From the NCBI GenBank assembly GCA_947584595.1, contig CANPWP010000005.1:4350-68349 (forward strand): 64,000 nt of DNA, given 5' to 3'. Positions 28,670 through 39,151 of this stretch are shown piece after piece. This DNA comes from an uncultured Clostridia bacterium (lineage in GTDB: Bacteria; Bacillota; Clostridia; Oscillospirales; Acutalibacteraceae). A model generated the notes under the pieces. It was not told the origin of the DNA and did no database searches. It was given only the letters and a program-made list of their open reading frames with translations. The first letter of the stretch is position 1; each line of letters opens with the position of its first letter. The position numbers were made by a program, and so were the translations under genes.

Positions 28670-29812
28670 TTATTCACCAAACATATTTTTTATTTTATCA
28701 CGGAATGTTTTTCTTTTTGAATAGTTTTTGTCGGTTGCGTTTTCATCAAGTTTCATAATAAGCTCTTTTTGTTCCTTTGTTAGATTTTTTGGAACTTCTA
28801 TTGAAACCCTTACGTACTGGTCGCCTTTACCTCTGCCGTTTATGTTCTGAATACCCTTGCCCTTGAGCTTGAAAATATCTCCCGGCTGAGTACCCTCATG
28901 GACTGTATAGCTTACCTTGCCGTCAAGAGTAGGTACGACAATTTCTGTGCCTAACGCCGCCTGAGCAAAGGTTATAGGCATATCGCACCAAACGTCGTTG
29001 CCTTTCCTCTCAAATACGGGGTGAGGACGGACATTTACATAAACGTGTAAATCGCCTGAAGGACCGCCGTTTACGCCGTTATTTCCCCTGCCGCCAACAT
29101 TTAAAATCTGACTGTCGCTGATACCTGCGGGGACGGTGACTTCAACATTCTTTTTAACACGGACTCTTCCGTTTCCGTTACATTTTCTACAGGGTTTTTC
29201 AACGATTTTTCCTCTGCCCTTACAGGCGTCGCAGGTTCTCTGGGTTTGAACAACTCCAAAGGGAGTTCTCTGGTTAATTGTAACTCTGCCCGAACCGCCG
29301 CAGGCTGAACAGGTTTTGGGCGTTGAACCTTTATCTGCGCCTGTTCCGTGACAGTCGGAGCAGGTCTCTATATTCTGATATGTTACCGTTTTTTTACAGC
29401 CCTTTGCGGCTTCTTCAAATTCAATAAAAAGATTAGCCTCAACATCAGCTCCCCGTCTTGGAGCGTTGGGGTTTGAGCTTCTTCTTCCTCCAAAACCTCC
29501 GAATCCGCCGAAAAAGCTGTTGAAAATATCGCCGATATCCATATCCTGACCGAAAGGACTCCCGCCCCCTGCACCGAAGTTAGGGTCAACGCCTGCGTGA
29601 CCGAACTGGTCATATCTTGCACGCTTTTCGCTGTCTGACAAAACCTCGTAGGCTTCGTTTACTTCTTTGAATTTTTCTTCACATTCTTTATCTCCCGGAT
29701 GAAGGTCAGGGTGATATTTTTTTGCATTTTGTCTAAATGCTTTTTTTATTTCATCATCAGAAGCACCCTTTGAAACGCCGAGCACCTCATAATAATCTCG
29801 TTTATCTGCCAA
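28670..29812 (-). CDS. dnaJ: chaperone DnaJ
   Basis: J-domain DYYEVLG...HPD, G/F region, four CxxCxGxG repeats; TTG start at 29812 after SD GAGGTGA. Confidence 0.97.
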   Translation of the reverse strand: MADKRDYYEVLGVSKGASDDEIKKAFRQNAKKYHPDLHPGDKECEEKFKEVNEAYEVLSDSEKRARYDQFGHAGVDPNFGAGGGSPFGQDMDIGDIFNSFFGGFGGFGGRRSSNPNAPRRGADVEANLFIEFEEAAKGCKKTVTYQNIETCSDCHGTGADKGSTPKTCSACGGSGRVTINQRTPFGVVQTQRTCDACKGRGKIVEKPCRKCNGNGRVRVKKNVEVTVPAGISDSQILNVGGRGNNGVNGGPSGDLHVYVNVRPHPVFERKGNDVWCDMPITFAQAALGTEIVVPTLDGKVSYTVHEGTQPGDIFKLKGKGIQNINGRGKGDQYVRVSIEVPKNLTKEQKELIMKLDENATDKNYSKRKTFRDKIKNMFGE

Positions 29813-29839
29813 TTTATTCACCTCATACAACGCCGTAAA

Positions 29840-29869
29840 GTGGCGTGATAACTAAATTTATCACGCCAC
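29840..29869 (-). other. dnaK-dnaJ intercistronic stem-loop
   Basis: Perfect 12-bp stem GTGGCGTGATAA/TTATCACGCCAC with a weak U-tract; likely a partial terminator or mRNA stabiliser. Confidence 0.7.
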
Positions 29870-29898
29870 CGCTTTATCTGCTTTATTTTACAGCCTTA

Positions 29899-31740
29899 TC
29901 AGTTATTGTCAACATCTGTAAAATCAGCGTCATATACATTTCCGTCAGGACCGCCTTGAGATCCGCCGTTAGCTGTACCCATATCAGGTGCAGGCTGTCC
30001 TTGAGGAGCCGCCTGTTGATAAAGCTTTGTTGATACTTCATAAAGCGCTTTCTGTAAGTCATCTTTTGCAGCGTTCATCATACCGACATCATTTTTAGAA
30101 ATAGCTTCTTTTAAAGCTGCTGCTTTTGTGTTAAGTGTATTTTTATCTTCGTCAGCTAATTTATCTCCGTTTTCATTAACAAGCTTTTCAGCCTGATAAG
30201 CAAGGTTTTCTGCCTCGTTTTTAGCGTCGATCTCTTCTCTGCGCTTTTTATCCTCTGCGGCATACTGCTCTGCTTCTTTAACAGCTTTATCAATATCTTC
30301 TTTAGACATATTTGTTGATGAACTGATTGTGATTTTCTGCTCTTTGCCTGTTCCTAAGTCCTTTGCAGATACATTAACAATGCCGTTAGCGTCAATATCA
30401 AATGTAACTTCAATCTGCGGGATTCCTCTCGGAGCAGGAGCAATGCCTGTTAAAGCAAACAAGCCAAGCTGCTTGTTATCTCTTGCAAATTCACGCTCAC
30501 CCTGAAGTACATTGATTTCTACCTGAGTCTGGTTATCAGCGGCAGTTGAGAAAATCTGGCTCTTTTTAGTCGGAATAGTTGTATTTCTTTCAATGATTTT
30601 TGTCATTACGCCGCCCATTGTTTCAACTCCGAGTGAAAGAGGAGTAACGTCAAGGAGCAGAAGTCCGTCAACTTCGCCGCCTAATACGCCTGCCTGAATT
30701 GCCGCACCTATAGCAACACATTCGTCAGGATTGATTCCCTTAAACGGCTCTTTGCCGATAAGCTTTTTAACTGCGTCCTGAACGGCAGGAATTCTTGAAG
30801 AACCGCCAACCATAAGAACTTTATCGATTTCGCTGATCTGTAAGCCTGAATCGTTTAATGCTGTTCTTACAGGACCCATTGTTTTTTCAACAAGGTCTGC
30901 TGTAAGCTCGTCGAATTTAGCTCTTGTCAATGTTAAGTCCATATGCTTTGGACCTGTTGCGTCAGCTGTGATAAAGGGCAGATTGATTGCTGTTGTTGTA
31001 ACGCCTGAAAGCTCGATTTTTGCTTTTTCTGCTGCTTCCTTTAATCTCTGCATTGCCATTTTATCTGCTGTTAAATCAACGCCTGTTTCAGCCTTAAAAC
31101 TTGAAACCATCCAGTCAATAACTCTCTTATCAAAATCATCGCCGCCTAAGCGGTTGTTACCTGCTGTTGCAAGCACCTCCTGAACACCGTCGCCCATTTC
31201 GATAATGGATACGTCGAATGTACCTCCGCCTAAGTCATATACCATAACTTTTTGGTCTTTTTCCTTATCAATTCCGTAAGAAAGTGCGGCGGCTGTCGGT
31301 TCGTTTATGATTCTCTTTACGTCAAGTCCTGCAATTTTACCTGCGTCCTTTGTAGCCTGACGCTGTGCGTCTGTAAAATAAGCAGGAACCGTAATAACTG
31401 CCTGTGAAACTGTTTCTCCTAAATAAGCCTCTGCATCAGCTTTTAATTTTTGTAAAATCATAGCCGATATTTCCTGAGGTGTGTATTTTTTATTATCAAT
31501 TGCTACTTTATATGCTGAACCCATTTCTCTTTTAATAGATGAAACAGTTCTCTCGGGGTTTGTGATTGCCTGTCTTTTAGCAACCTGACCTACCATTCTT
31601 TCGCCTGTTTTTGAAAATGCTACAACAGACGGTGTTGTTCTTGCACCTTCTGCATTTGCAATAACTACCGGCTCGCCGCCTTCGATTACTGCTACGCATG
31701 AGTTTGTTGTACCTAAGTCAATTCCTATTGTTTTTGCCAT
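29899..31740 (-). CDS. dnaK: chaperone DnaK
   Basis: [35 protein letters not shown]; SD GGAGG. Confidence 0.98.
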   Translation of the reverse strand: MAKTIGIDLGTTNSCVAVIEGGEPVVIANAEGARTTPSVVAFSKTGERMVGQVAKRQAITNPERTVSSIKREMGSAYKVAIDNKKYTPQEISAMILQKLKADAEAYLGETVSQAVITVPAYFTDAQRQATKDAGKIAGLDVKRIINEPTAAALSYGIDKEKDQKVMVYDLGGGTFDVSIIEMGDGVQEVLATAGNNRLGGDDFDKRVIDWMVSSFKAETGVDLTADKMAMQRLKEAAEKAKIELSGVTTTAINLPFITADATGPKHMDLTLTRAKFDELTADLVEKTMGPVRTALNDSGLQISEIDKVLMVGGSSRIPAVQDAVKKLIGKEPFKGINPDECVAIGAAIQAGVLGGEVDGLLLLDVTPLSLGVETMGGVMTKIIERNTTIPTKKSQIFSTAADNQTQVEINVLQGEREFARDNKQLGLFALTGIAPAPRGIPQIEVTFDIDANGIVNVSAKDLGTGKEQKITISSSTNMSKEDIDKAVKEAEQYAAEDKKRREEIDAKNEAENLAYQAEKLVNENGDKLADEDKNTLNTKAAALKEAISKNDVGMMNAAKDDLQKALYEVSTKLYQQAAPQGQPAPDMGTANGGSQGGPDGNVYDADFTDVDNN

Positions 31741-31841
31741 AATAATACCTCCTGAAAACTTATAAGTTTAAGTTATTGTTTGTGTTTTGATTTGTAGTTT
31801 TTATAGTTTATTTTTATAGTTTATATATAAATATATGTTCA

Positions 31842-32456
31842 TTAATCGCAGTTTGCAACCTGTACCATTGCATGGCGGATAACTTTATCGCCGATTTTAT
31901 AACCTTTTTGGAAAACCTGTGCAATTTGATTTTCCGAAAGTTCTTCGCTTTCTATTTTTGAAACAGCGTTATGGAGTTCCGGATCAAAATCATCTCCGAT
32001 TTCCCCAAAAGATTCTATTCTCAGCTTTTCAAAGGATTTTTCAAGCTGTTGGCTTACAAGCTCAATACCTTTTTTTACATCTTCGGGAGCGTTCTTTAAG
32101 CTTTGGAGCGCCATTTGCATACTGTCTGCAACAGGTAGAAGTTCCTCTACCGCTTTTGCGGTTGCATCATTATAAATTGATAATTTTTCATTGGCTGTTC
32201 GCTTTCTGTAATTATCATATTCCGCCGCAAGTCTCATATAGCTGTCTTTTTGAGCGTCCAGCTTTTCCTGAAGTTCTTTAAGTTCACTTGCTTTTTTGTC
32301 CTTTTTCTCCTTCTTTTCCTTTTTGGAAGTTTCCTTTTCCTCTTTTTTAGATTCCTTAGCTGTTTTTTCTGCTGTTTCTTCTTGCTGTGAGGACGTTTCT
32401 TCTGTTACAACTTCCTCTTCCTGTTGAGCTTCCTGATTTTTTTCCTTTTCGCTCAT
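31842..32456 (-). CDS. grpE: nucleotide exchange factor GrpE
   Basis: RLAAEYDNYRKR, FDPELHNAV, KGYKIGDKVIRHAMVQV. Confidence 0.96.
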   Translation of the reverse strand: MSEKEKNQEAQQEEEVVTEETSSQQEETAEKTAKESKKEEKETSKKEKKEKKDKKASELKELQEKLDAQKDSYMRLAAEYDNYRKRTANEKLSIYNDATAKAVEELLPVADSMQMALQSLKNAPEDVKKGIELVSQQLEKSFEKLRIESFGEIGDDFDPELHNAVSKIESEELSENQIAQVFQKGYKIGDKVIRHAMVQVANCD

Positions 32457-32470
32457 TTATATTCATCTCC

Positions 32471-33499
32471 TTAAATTCTGATGATTTCGCTTAAATATTC
32501 ACTTACTGCTCCCGCAGTATATTCAAGGATCGAGTAAACTGTTTTGTAGTTCATTCTTATAGGCCCCAACACTGCAAGCACTCCTGCGGGCTGGTTCTCT
32601 ATTTCATATCTTGTAGCTACGACAGAGCTGTTATAAAGCTGAGGTACAACATTTTCTCTGCCGATTATGCTGTGGATACCTGTTCCCACATTTTCAAACA
32701 GCTTTGAAATGTTTTCATCAACGCTTAAAAAAGCCACAAGATTTCTTGCCGTGTCAAAATCTATGCCCGGCGTAAACAGCAATTTTATCTGCCCGCTTAC
32801 GGTGGTGCTGACATTTGCAAGAGTTTCGGCGGCTTCTTTAATTGCAGTTAAAAAGCTCGGCATTAAAAGCGATAGCTCTCCGAATGATGCGGCTATAGTC
32901 TGAATAACAGGCTGTGTAAGCTCCGCTGTTTCAAATCCTGCAAGCTTTTCATTTAAAGCCTTTTCAAACACCGACAAAATATTTTCATTTAATATATATT
33001 CACATCTGAACAGTTTATTTTTTACCATTCCTGTAGATGTTACAATAACTGCCATTGCGGTATGTCTGCCTGTCTGAACAAATTTTATCCGCATTATTCT
33101 GCTTCCTGTTTCAGAGGGCGCTGTTGTTACTGCGGCTAAATCGGTCAATTCGGAAATAATTTTACAGGCGGCCTTCAATATGTTTTCAGGGTCTTTTGCT
33201 TTTGCCTCAAGGTTTGTGTCTATATATTCCCTTATTCTCTCATTCAGGCTTTGAGGTTTTAGAAAATTATCAATATAAAAGCGATATCCCATCTGTGAGG
33301 GAATTCTGCCGGCTGAGGTGTGGGGCTGAAGCAGATAACCGCTGTTTGTAAGGTCTGCCATTTCATTGCGGATAGTTGCAGAAGATACGGAAATATCCAT
33401 TTGGTCTAAAAGGGTTTTTGATCCTACGGGCTCTCCTGTTTCAATATAATTTTCAACTATTGCGGCAAGAACCTTTTGCTTTCGAGGAGCTAATTCCAT
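32471..33499 (-). CDS. hrcA: heat-inducible transcription repressor HrcA
   Basis: GEPVGSK, SSATIRNEMADL, PHTSAGRIPS, GPIRMNY; start moved to ATG 33499 (SD GAGGTGA). Confidence 0.96.
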   Translation of the reverse strand: MELAPRKQKVLAAIVENYIETGEPVGSKTLLDQMDISVSSATIRNEMADLTNSGYLLQPHTSAGRIPSQMGYRFYIDNFLKPQSLNERIREYIDTNLEAKAKDPENILKAACKIISELTDLAAVTTAPSETGSRIMRIKFVQTGRHTAMAVIVTSTGMVKNKLFRCEYILNENILSVFEKALNEKLAGFETAELTQPVIQTIAASFGELSLLMPSFLTAIKEAAETLANVSTTVSGQIKLLFTPGIDFDTARNLVAFLSVDENISKLFENVGTGIHSIIGRENVVPQLYNSSVVATRYEIENQPAGVLAVLGPIRMNYKTVYSILEYTAGAVSEYLSEIIRI

Positions 33500-33519
33500 A
33501 TCTCTCACCTCTTTTGAAA

Positions 33520-33546
33520 TTAGCACTCTAAGACTCTGAGTGCTAA
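33520..33546. promoter_or_regulatory. CIRCE operator
   Basis: Perfect TTAGCACTC-N9-GAGTGCTAA upstream of hrcA. Confidence 0.98.
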
Positions 33547-33557
33547 CCTATGTTTAT

Positions 33558-33586
33558 ATTTTAGTCTTAAAGTCAGTAAAAGTCAA
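33558..33586 (-). promoter_or_regulatory. sigma-A promoter of the hrcA operon
   Basis: TTGACT-17-TAAAAT immediately upstream of CIRCE. Confidence 0.85.
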
Positions 33587-33757
33587 GTATTATTTTGTAA
33601 AATTTTCATTTTTAGAAATATTTTTCCATTATTTCAGGCGTTTTTATGCTTATCTATTATTAGTTTTTGGTAAAACGGCTTGGGTTTATGCAAACTTTTA
33701 TTAAGTTGCCGTAAAGATTTACTTTCTTTAAAATAAATTTAATTGACCTTAAAAAAC

Positions 33758-33849
33758 AAAAGCAGCCGGTGGGCTGCACCAATCCGAGCAGACAGCACCA
33801 TATAAAAACGCTCTCTTGTGCCCGACTGTTTCCGAACAGTTTCCTATAA
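33758..33849 (-). repeat. family C structured element, copy 1
   Basis: About 84% identical by hand alignment to 61836-61926; two hairpins; ends in GCAGCC-CACC-GGCTGC-TTTT on the minus strand. Confidence 0.85.
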
Positions 33850-33852
33850 AGT

Positions 33853-33881
33853 AAAAAAGCATCTGCCAAAACAGCAGATGC
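33853..33881 (-). terminator. terminator of the 49-aa ORF
   Basis: GCATCTGC/GCAGATGC stem plus six T on the minus strand. Confidence 0.8.
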
Positions 33882-33928
33882 CTGATAACTAAAATATTTT
33901 TAATTATTTAATTTGCCTGTTTTTTCAA

Positions 33929-34078
33929 TTATTCAATGGAACAGTCAAGATATTCCATAAGCTCTTCATCATCTTTTTTCTTTTTATCTCTTACGATAAA
34001 GAACGCTGTAAGTGCCGCAGTTGTTGCCACAACAAAAGAAATAAGTGCAATTAAAAAACCTAATTTACCTTTTTTCAT
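33929..34078 (-). CDS. unannotated 49-aa single-TM small protein
   Basis: AAGGAGG SD, then MKKGKLGFLIALISFVVATTAALTAFFIVRDKKKKDDEELMEYLDCSIE*, with its own terminator. Below the ORF-track length cutoff. Confidence 0.8.
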   Translation of the reverse strand: MKKGKLGFLIALISFVVATTAALTAFFIVRDKKKKDDEELMEYLDCSIE

Positions 34079-34179
34079 ATAAAATGCCTCCTTGAAACCT
34101 GTCTGTAGATATTATACACTTATACACATCTTATATGATTATATAATAACATTTATTTTAAAAAAGTCAATAAAAAAAC

Positions 34180-34203
34180 AAAAAGCAGAGTTAAATCTCT
34201 GCT
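34180..34203 (-). terminator. rpsT terminator
   Basis: AGCAGAG/CTCTGCT stem with T-run on the minus strand. Confidence 0.75.
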
Positions 34204-34240
34204 CTTAAAGTCATGTTAAATTTTAGCCGAATTTAGCTTA

Positions 34241-34501
34241 TTATGCGGAAGCGTTAAGTCTTTTTGCAAGATTTGATTTGCTTCTTGAAGCTGTGTTTTT
34301 ATGCATGATACCTTTAGCCTGAGCCTGATCGATCTTCTTGATAGCAAGACGTACTGCCTCAGCCTTGTTGTCTGCATTATTATCAATAGCGATATAAGCC
34401 TTTTTAACAGCAGTTCTTAAAGCTGACCTTGTAGCCTTGTTGCGGGCTGTTTTTGTAGCGATAACTTTAACACGCTTTTTAGCTGATTTAATGTTTGGCA
34501 T
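34241..34501 (-). CDS. rpsT: 30S ribosomal protein S20
   Basis: MPNIKSAKKR...HKNTASRSKS. Confidence 0.98.
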   Translation of the reverse strand: MPNIKSAKKRVKVIATKTARNKATRSALRTAVKKAYIAIDNNADNKAEAVRLAIKKIDQAQAKGIMHKNTASRSKSNLAKRLNASA

Positions 34502-34676
34502 TGTCTCACCTCCTTAAAAATACATATCACGTGAAGATAATCATAACATTTTTGTAACGAAAATGCAAGTGTTTTACTTGATTTTTTATAAAATATTTTA
34601 TTTTCAGGAAAATTTTCTAAAAACATACTATATATTGTGCCAATAAATTTTTATTCAACTATTTTACAGAAAATAT

Positions 34677-34937
34677 TTACTTATTTTGACTTTTCTTCTT
34701 TGAAATAACGTAAAAAATAATAAATAGTGCAAGCACAATTCCTACAACTACTCTGAAAACTATTCCGTAAATTCCGTCAAAAAGATTTATGTCTATAAGC
34801 TCGTTCACAAGCCACCAGACCGACATAAATGTAAAAAGCCCTGCACCTAAAAAAAGTATTTTATTTATCTTTATTCCAACGGAAAAAAGATAAATCGCTA
34901 TAACAGCCCAAAGTACGGCATAAACATATCCCAACAA
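34677..34937 (-). CDS. small hypothetical membrane protein (about 3 TMs)
   Basis: Hydrophobic 86 aa; TTG start with AAGGTG SD; coupled to the upstream ORF. Confidence 0.7.
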   Translation of the reverse strand: MLGYVYAVLWAVIAIYLFSVGIKINKILFLGAGLFTFMSVWWLVNELIDINLFDGIYGIVFRVVVGIVLALFIIFYVISKKKSQNK

Positions 34938-34940
34938 AGT

Positions 34941-35240
34941 TTACACCTTTCTTTCCGCTTTTTCCTGTTTTTTATTTGCTTTTGCGGATTTAAGGTGAGC
35001 CTTTAAAAGCAGGAAAATGTAAAATCCTATAATCAAGATTGTCCCAATATAATTTATATTTGCAATAAAACCGTTTGTCGGGTCTACTTGTAAAATTATA
35101 TAAGACAACAACTGCCACACACCCTCAAAAAACAGATAATATGCAAGTGGTCTTAACAATGATATTTTTCTCAAATGCGGTGTAAAAATTAAAACTGACG
35201 CCGAAAAACAAACAACAGCCGATATAATAGCAAGAATCAT
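34941..35240 (-). CDS. small hypothetical membrane protein (about 3 TMs, basic tail)
   Basis: 99 aa; SD GAAGGAG. Confidence 0.7.
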   Translation of the reverse strand: MILAIISAVVCFSASVLIFTPHLRKISLLRPLAYYLFFEGVWQLLSYIILQVDPTNGFIANINYIGTILIIGFYIFLLLKAHLKSAKANKKQEKAERKV

Positions 35241-35416
35241 ATTATTTACTCCTTCATACTAATTGTTATTATTAGTTTTTTCCATTATATAAAGTATTTT
35301 AAATGATGTCAAATAAATGTTTTGAAAACATTTATATAAAATTGTGAAAATCCTCTTTGATGTAATGCTGTCAACCTTAAGAGAACTAAGGATTACATTA
35401 ATATTAGCAGAAAAAA

Positions 35417-35582
35417 GGCTCCCCCTAAGGGGAGCTGTCAGCGTAAGCTGACTGAGGGGTGGATAGCTGAACATTTCTACCCTTCCGTCACGACTCCGTC
35501 GTGCCACCTTCCCTGATAGGGAAGGCTTTTTCTCTCAAACGTTCTGCTTTAATTTAACCTTTTCCTAAGTTGACGACATTGC
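35417..35582. repeat. family A2 palindromic element with conserved ~55-nt tail
   Basis: Near-identical to 52030-52190, including the tail ...AACCTTTTCCTAAGTTGAYGACATTGC. Confidence 0.9.
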
Positions 35583-35612
35583 GCTGTGAGGTTAATATCA
35601 CAGCGGGGACTG

Positions 35613-36431
35613 TTAATTTTTTTCTTCAGGAAAATTTGCTTCTGTTTCCTGCTGTAAATTAAGAACAGGATTTGTTGTTTCTTTCTGTGAGGACGGAGGA
35701 GTTGTATTTTCCTCCATATATGTTTTGTAATTAACAAGATTCCAGTCTTTTTCTATGTTTTCTGATGCGGCAACAATTCTGAAAAGCATTGTGGACTCAT
35801 CATCCGTTTCGCCTTCTTCAACATTTAAAAGGTAAATGCAGTTATTATACCAAAAGCTGTTATTATTTTCTGCAATTGTATTTATATATAAGTTGGAAAA
35901 GAAGGTTACATTATCAACAGGATAATTGCCTGCAACACACGCCATAATACCTGTCATAGCTAAAATTACAGACTGATACTGCGTATTTTTTTCGTCTATA
36001 AACACTGAAACCGTTGTGCCGCAGCCTAAGTTTATAATTTTACCTGTCTTTTGTTCGACGGTTGCAGTAAGCACGACCATATCATCGGAATAGTAATAAT
36101 AATCATAGGCAACGCCGCTTTCGTCAATCTGACCCTCGCTTTGCAATTGCCAGCCGGAAAAATCAATCTGCTGACTTCCTCCGCCTAAGGAATTATACAT
36201 TTCATTAAATTTTTTCGTATATTCCTTTAAGGTCATATTAAATCTTGCGCCCGTTGCATTATTGCTTTCTTCCCAGTTTTGCGATAAGGGATTAGGATAT
36301 CCTGCCTCGTCGGCAGAAGCCGTATATTCCTTTTTTCCAGCCTGAGAACCGTTTTCTCCCTCTGACTGATTGCAGGAAGCAAAAAGGAATAACACAGATA
36401 TTATTAAAATTACACATATTAACTTTTTCAT
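35613..36431 (-). CDS. lipoprotein of unknown function
   Basis: Lipobox LFASC after a basic/hydrophobic leader. Confidence 0.75.
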   Translation of the reverse strand: MKKLICVILIISVLFLFASCNQSEGENGSQAGKKEYTASADEAGYPNPLSQNWEESNNATGARFNMTLKEYTKKFNEMYNSLGGGSQQIDFSGWQLQSEGQIDESGVAYDYYYYSDDMVVLTATVEQKTGKIINLGCGTTVSVFIDEKNTQYQSVILAMTGIMACVAGNYPVDNVTFFSNLYINTIAENNNSFWYNNCIYLLNVEEGETDDESTMLFRIVAASENIEKDWNLVNYKTYMEENTTPPSSQKETTNPVLNLQQETEANFPEEKN

Positions 36432-36479
36432 AATTACTCATTTCTGCCGAATTAATAACTATTTTGAAACTTGAATTTT

Positions 36480-39026
36480 TTATTCTTCTTTTTCTAATGT
36501 TTCTCTTTCTGTTTCTTCCTCTGCGTCTTCGGTTAAATCTTCGGGGTCTTGTTCTTCGTCTGTATCTTCAAGCTTCTGGGCATTTTCTTCCTCGTGAGGA
36601 GCTCTTGCAAGAGTAACAACCTTACTGCCCTCTTTTACTTTCATAACAGTAACACCCTTACTTGGCCGTCTGCAAATTCTTATAGAGTCGGCGGCAATTC
36701 TTATAATTACACCGTCGTCTGAAATTATGATAATATCATCATCAAGATTAACAGATTTAATAGCGGCAACTTTACCGTATTTTTCAATATGATAGTTGGT
36801 AATGCCTTTACCGCCTCTTGACTGGAGTCTGTAATCGCTTTGCTCGGAAAGTCTGCCATAGCCTGTTTCAGATACGGTAAGAACATAAGAGTTTTCTCTT
36901 AATACGCACATTCCTACTATAACATCATCTTTTGCAAGATTCATAGCTTTAACGCCGCGAGCTTGTCTGCCCATCGGTCGAACGTCGTTTTCATTAAATC
37001 TGATTGCCTTGCCGTTTCTTGTTGCAACAAGAACTTCACTGTTGCCGTCGGTCATTCTTACCCATGCAAGCTCGTCGCCCTCATTAAGTTCAAGGGCAAT
37101 AAGTCCGCCCTTACGGGAGGTATTATAAGCATTAAGCTGAATTCTTTTGACGATACCTTGTCTTGTAACCATAATAAGGTATTTATTTTCGTCAAATTCG
37201 GGCACTTTAATCATTGAGGTTACTTTTTCGTCACCGTCAATAGGCAACAGATTAGCTATATTAAGACCTTTAGATTGTCTGCTGCCCTCGGGAATTTCAT
37301 AGCATTTAAGCCTGTAAACTCTGCCCTTATCGGTAAAGAAGAGAATGTAGTCGTGAGAATTAATAACAAACATTTCCGTTGCCACATCTTCTTCACGTCT
37401 TGACATACCAGAAACGCCTCTGCCGCCTCTGCGCTGAATTTTATATGTATCGGTAGTCTGTCGCTTTACATAACCGAACCGGGTAATCGTAACGACACAT
37501 TCCTCCTGAGGAATAAGGTCTTCAATATCAACCTCTCCGCTTACGGCACAAATTTCAGTTCTTCTCGGGTCAGCGTATTTATTTCGGATAAGGATGATTT
37601 CTTCTTTAACGATTTCAAGCTGTCTTTGACGACTTCCCAGTATTTCCGTAAAGTCTGCAATTTTAGCCTGTAATGCCGCAATTTCATCTTCAATTTTAGC
37701 ACGTTCCATATTTGTAAGCTGTCCCAAACGCATCTGTACTATTGCCTGCGCCTGAACTTCATCAAGGTCGAAACGCTCCATTAAGCCTGCCTTTGCGGCA
37801 GCCTGATCTTTACTTTTTCTGATAATTGCAATAACCTCGTCAATAAAGTCAATTGCAATTTTCAGACCCTCTAAGATATGACATCTTTCTTTAGCCTTTT
37901 TCAGATCAAATTCCGTTCTTCTTCTTATTACGTCAACCTGAAAATCAACATAATTTTGCAGTACATCTTTAAGAGTAAGAATTTTCGGCTCACCGTTTAC
38001 AATTGCAAGCATAATTATTCCAAATGTACTTTGAAGCTGTGTAAATGAAAAAAGCTGGTTCAAAACGACCTGAGGTGAGGCTTCTCTTTTAATATCAATT
38101 TCAATATGCATACCCTCTCTGTCTGAGTGGTCTTCAATATTTGAAATACCTTCAATTCTTTTATCTTTTACAAGGTCGGCAATATTTTCAATAAGTCTTG
38201 CTTTATTAACCTGATAGGGAAGCTCTGTAACAATGATTTTAAATCTTCCGTTTTTAGCTTCAACAATTTCCGTTTTAGCTCTTACGGTTATTTTTCCTCT
38301 GCCTGTTGCATAAGCGGCACGTATACCGCTTCTGCCCATAATTATACCGCCTGTCGGAAAATCGGGACCGGGAATACATTCCATAAGGTCTGAAAGTTCA
38401 CAATCAGGGTCATCGATTATTTTACAAACAGCGTCAATTGTTTCTCCTAAATTATGAGGCGGAATATTTGTAGCCATACCGACAGCAATACCGCTGCTTC
38501 CGTTTACAAGCAGATTTGGAAAACGGCTTGGCAATACTGTAGGCTCTTCAAGTCTGTCGTCAAAGTTTGGAGCAAAGTCTACCGTCTTTTTATCAATATC
38601 GGTAAGCATTTCAAGTGAAATTTTGCTCATTCTTGCTTCCGTATAACGGTAAGCAGCCGGCGGGTCGCCGTCTACCGAACCGAAGTTTCCGTGACCGTCT
38701 ACAAGCATATATCTCATTGAAAAGTCCTGTGCAAGTCTTACAAGGGCGTCATAAACAGATGCGTCGCCGTGAGGATGATATGCTCCCAGCACTGCTCCGA
38801 CTGTATCTGCACATTTATGATACGCTTTGTCAGGAGTAAGATTTTTCTCATACATTGTATAGAGAATTCTCCTATGTACAGGCTTTAAGCCGTCTCTTAC
38901 ATCCGGCAAGGCACGTGAAACGATAACGCTCATAGAGTAGTCAAGGAAAGATTTTTGCATTTCCTTTTGTATGTCTACATCTATAATTCTGCCGCCTGTC
39001 TGCACGTTGTTTTCGTTATTATCCAA
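36480..39026 (-). CDS. gyrA: DNA gyrase subunit A
   Basis: YHPHGD, AAYRYTE (catalytic Tyr), GyrA-box QRRGGRG, acidic tail; TTG start. Confidence 0.98.
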   Translation of the reverse strand: MDNNENNVQTGGRIIDVDIQKEMQKSFLDYSMSVIVSRALPDVRDGLKPVHRRILYTMYEKNLTPDKAYHKCADTVGAVLGAYHPHGDASVYDALVRLAQDFSMRYMLVDGHGNFGSVDGDPPAAYRYTEARMSKISLEMLTDIDKKTVDFAPNFDDRLEEPTVLPSRFPNLLVNGSSGIAVGMATNIPPHNLGETIDAVCKIIDDPDCELSDLMECIPGPDFPTGGIIMGRSGIRAAYATGRGKITVRAKTEIVEAKNGRFKIIVTELPYQVNKARLIENIADLVKDKRIEGISNIEDHSDREGMHIEIDIKREASPQVVLNQLFSFTQLQSTFGIIMLAIVNGEPKILTLKDVLQNYVDFQVDVIRRRTEFDLKKAKERCHILEGLKIAIDFIDEVIAIIRKSKDQAAAKAGLMERFDLDEVQAQAIVQMRLGQLTNMERAKIEDEIAALQAKIADFTEILGSRQRQLEIVKEEIILIRNKYADPRRTEICAVSGEVDIEDLIPQEECVVTITRFGYVKRQTTDTYKIQRRGGRGVSGMSRREEDVATEMFVINSHDYILFFTDKGRVYRLKCYEIPEGSRQSKGLNIANLLPIDGDEKVTSMIKVPEFDENKYLIMVTRQGIVKRIQLNAYNTSRKGGLIALELNEGDELAWVRMTDGNSEVLVATRNGKAIRFNENDVRPMGRQARGVKAMNLAKDDVIVGMCVLRENSYVLTVSETGYGRLSEQSDYRLQSRGGKGITNYHIEKYGKVAAIKSVNLDDDIIIISDDGVIIRIAADSIRICRRPSKGVTVMKVKEGSKVVTLARAPHEEENAQKLEDTDEEQDPEDLTEDAEEETERETLEKEE

Positions 39027-39151
39027 TTAAAACACCTCAAATTCTGTCTCGAATACCGCTGTTTATTTCAATACGTAATGTTATCAACTTAACGTTTCTA
39101 AAACTCCGTAGCGAAATTTTATATTCGTCCATTTTTCCATTTTAAATTTAT

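Noticed and set aside
31760-31830. Short AAACTATAAAAA repeats between grpE and dnaK
   Set aside because: Low-complexity A-rich leader with only two clear copies; cannot be distinguished from background.
33758-33849. c-di-GMP-I/II riboswitch (GGAAAC...GGGCAC resemblance)
   Set aside because: It lacks the GCAAAG/GAAA tetraloop-receptor layout and the GUGCAACC 3' segment, copy 2 loses the GUGC pairing, and both copies lie upstream of the next gene's promoter.
33660-33869. ORF-track ORFs 33660-33869 and 61800-61997 sharing YRKLxGNS
   Set aside because: They are translations of the family C repeat; a 1-nt indel breaks frame conservation and there is no SD.
35259-35507. ORF-track ORFs over repeats (35259-35507, 58582-58785, 11384-11572)
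   Set aside because: They overlap palindromic repeats or AT-rich promoter DNA, with no SD or protein-like motifs.
38911-38922. Third parS site inside gyrA (GCACGTGAAACG)
   Set aside because: Only the right half matches, and it is explained by the conserved IVSRAL codons.
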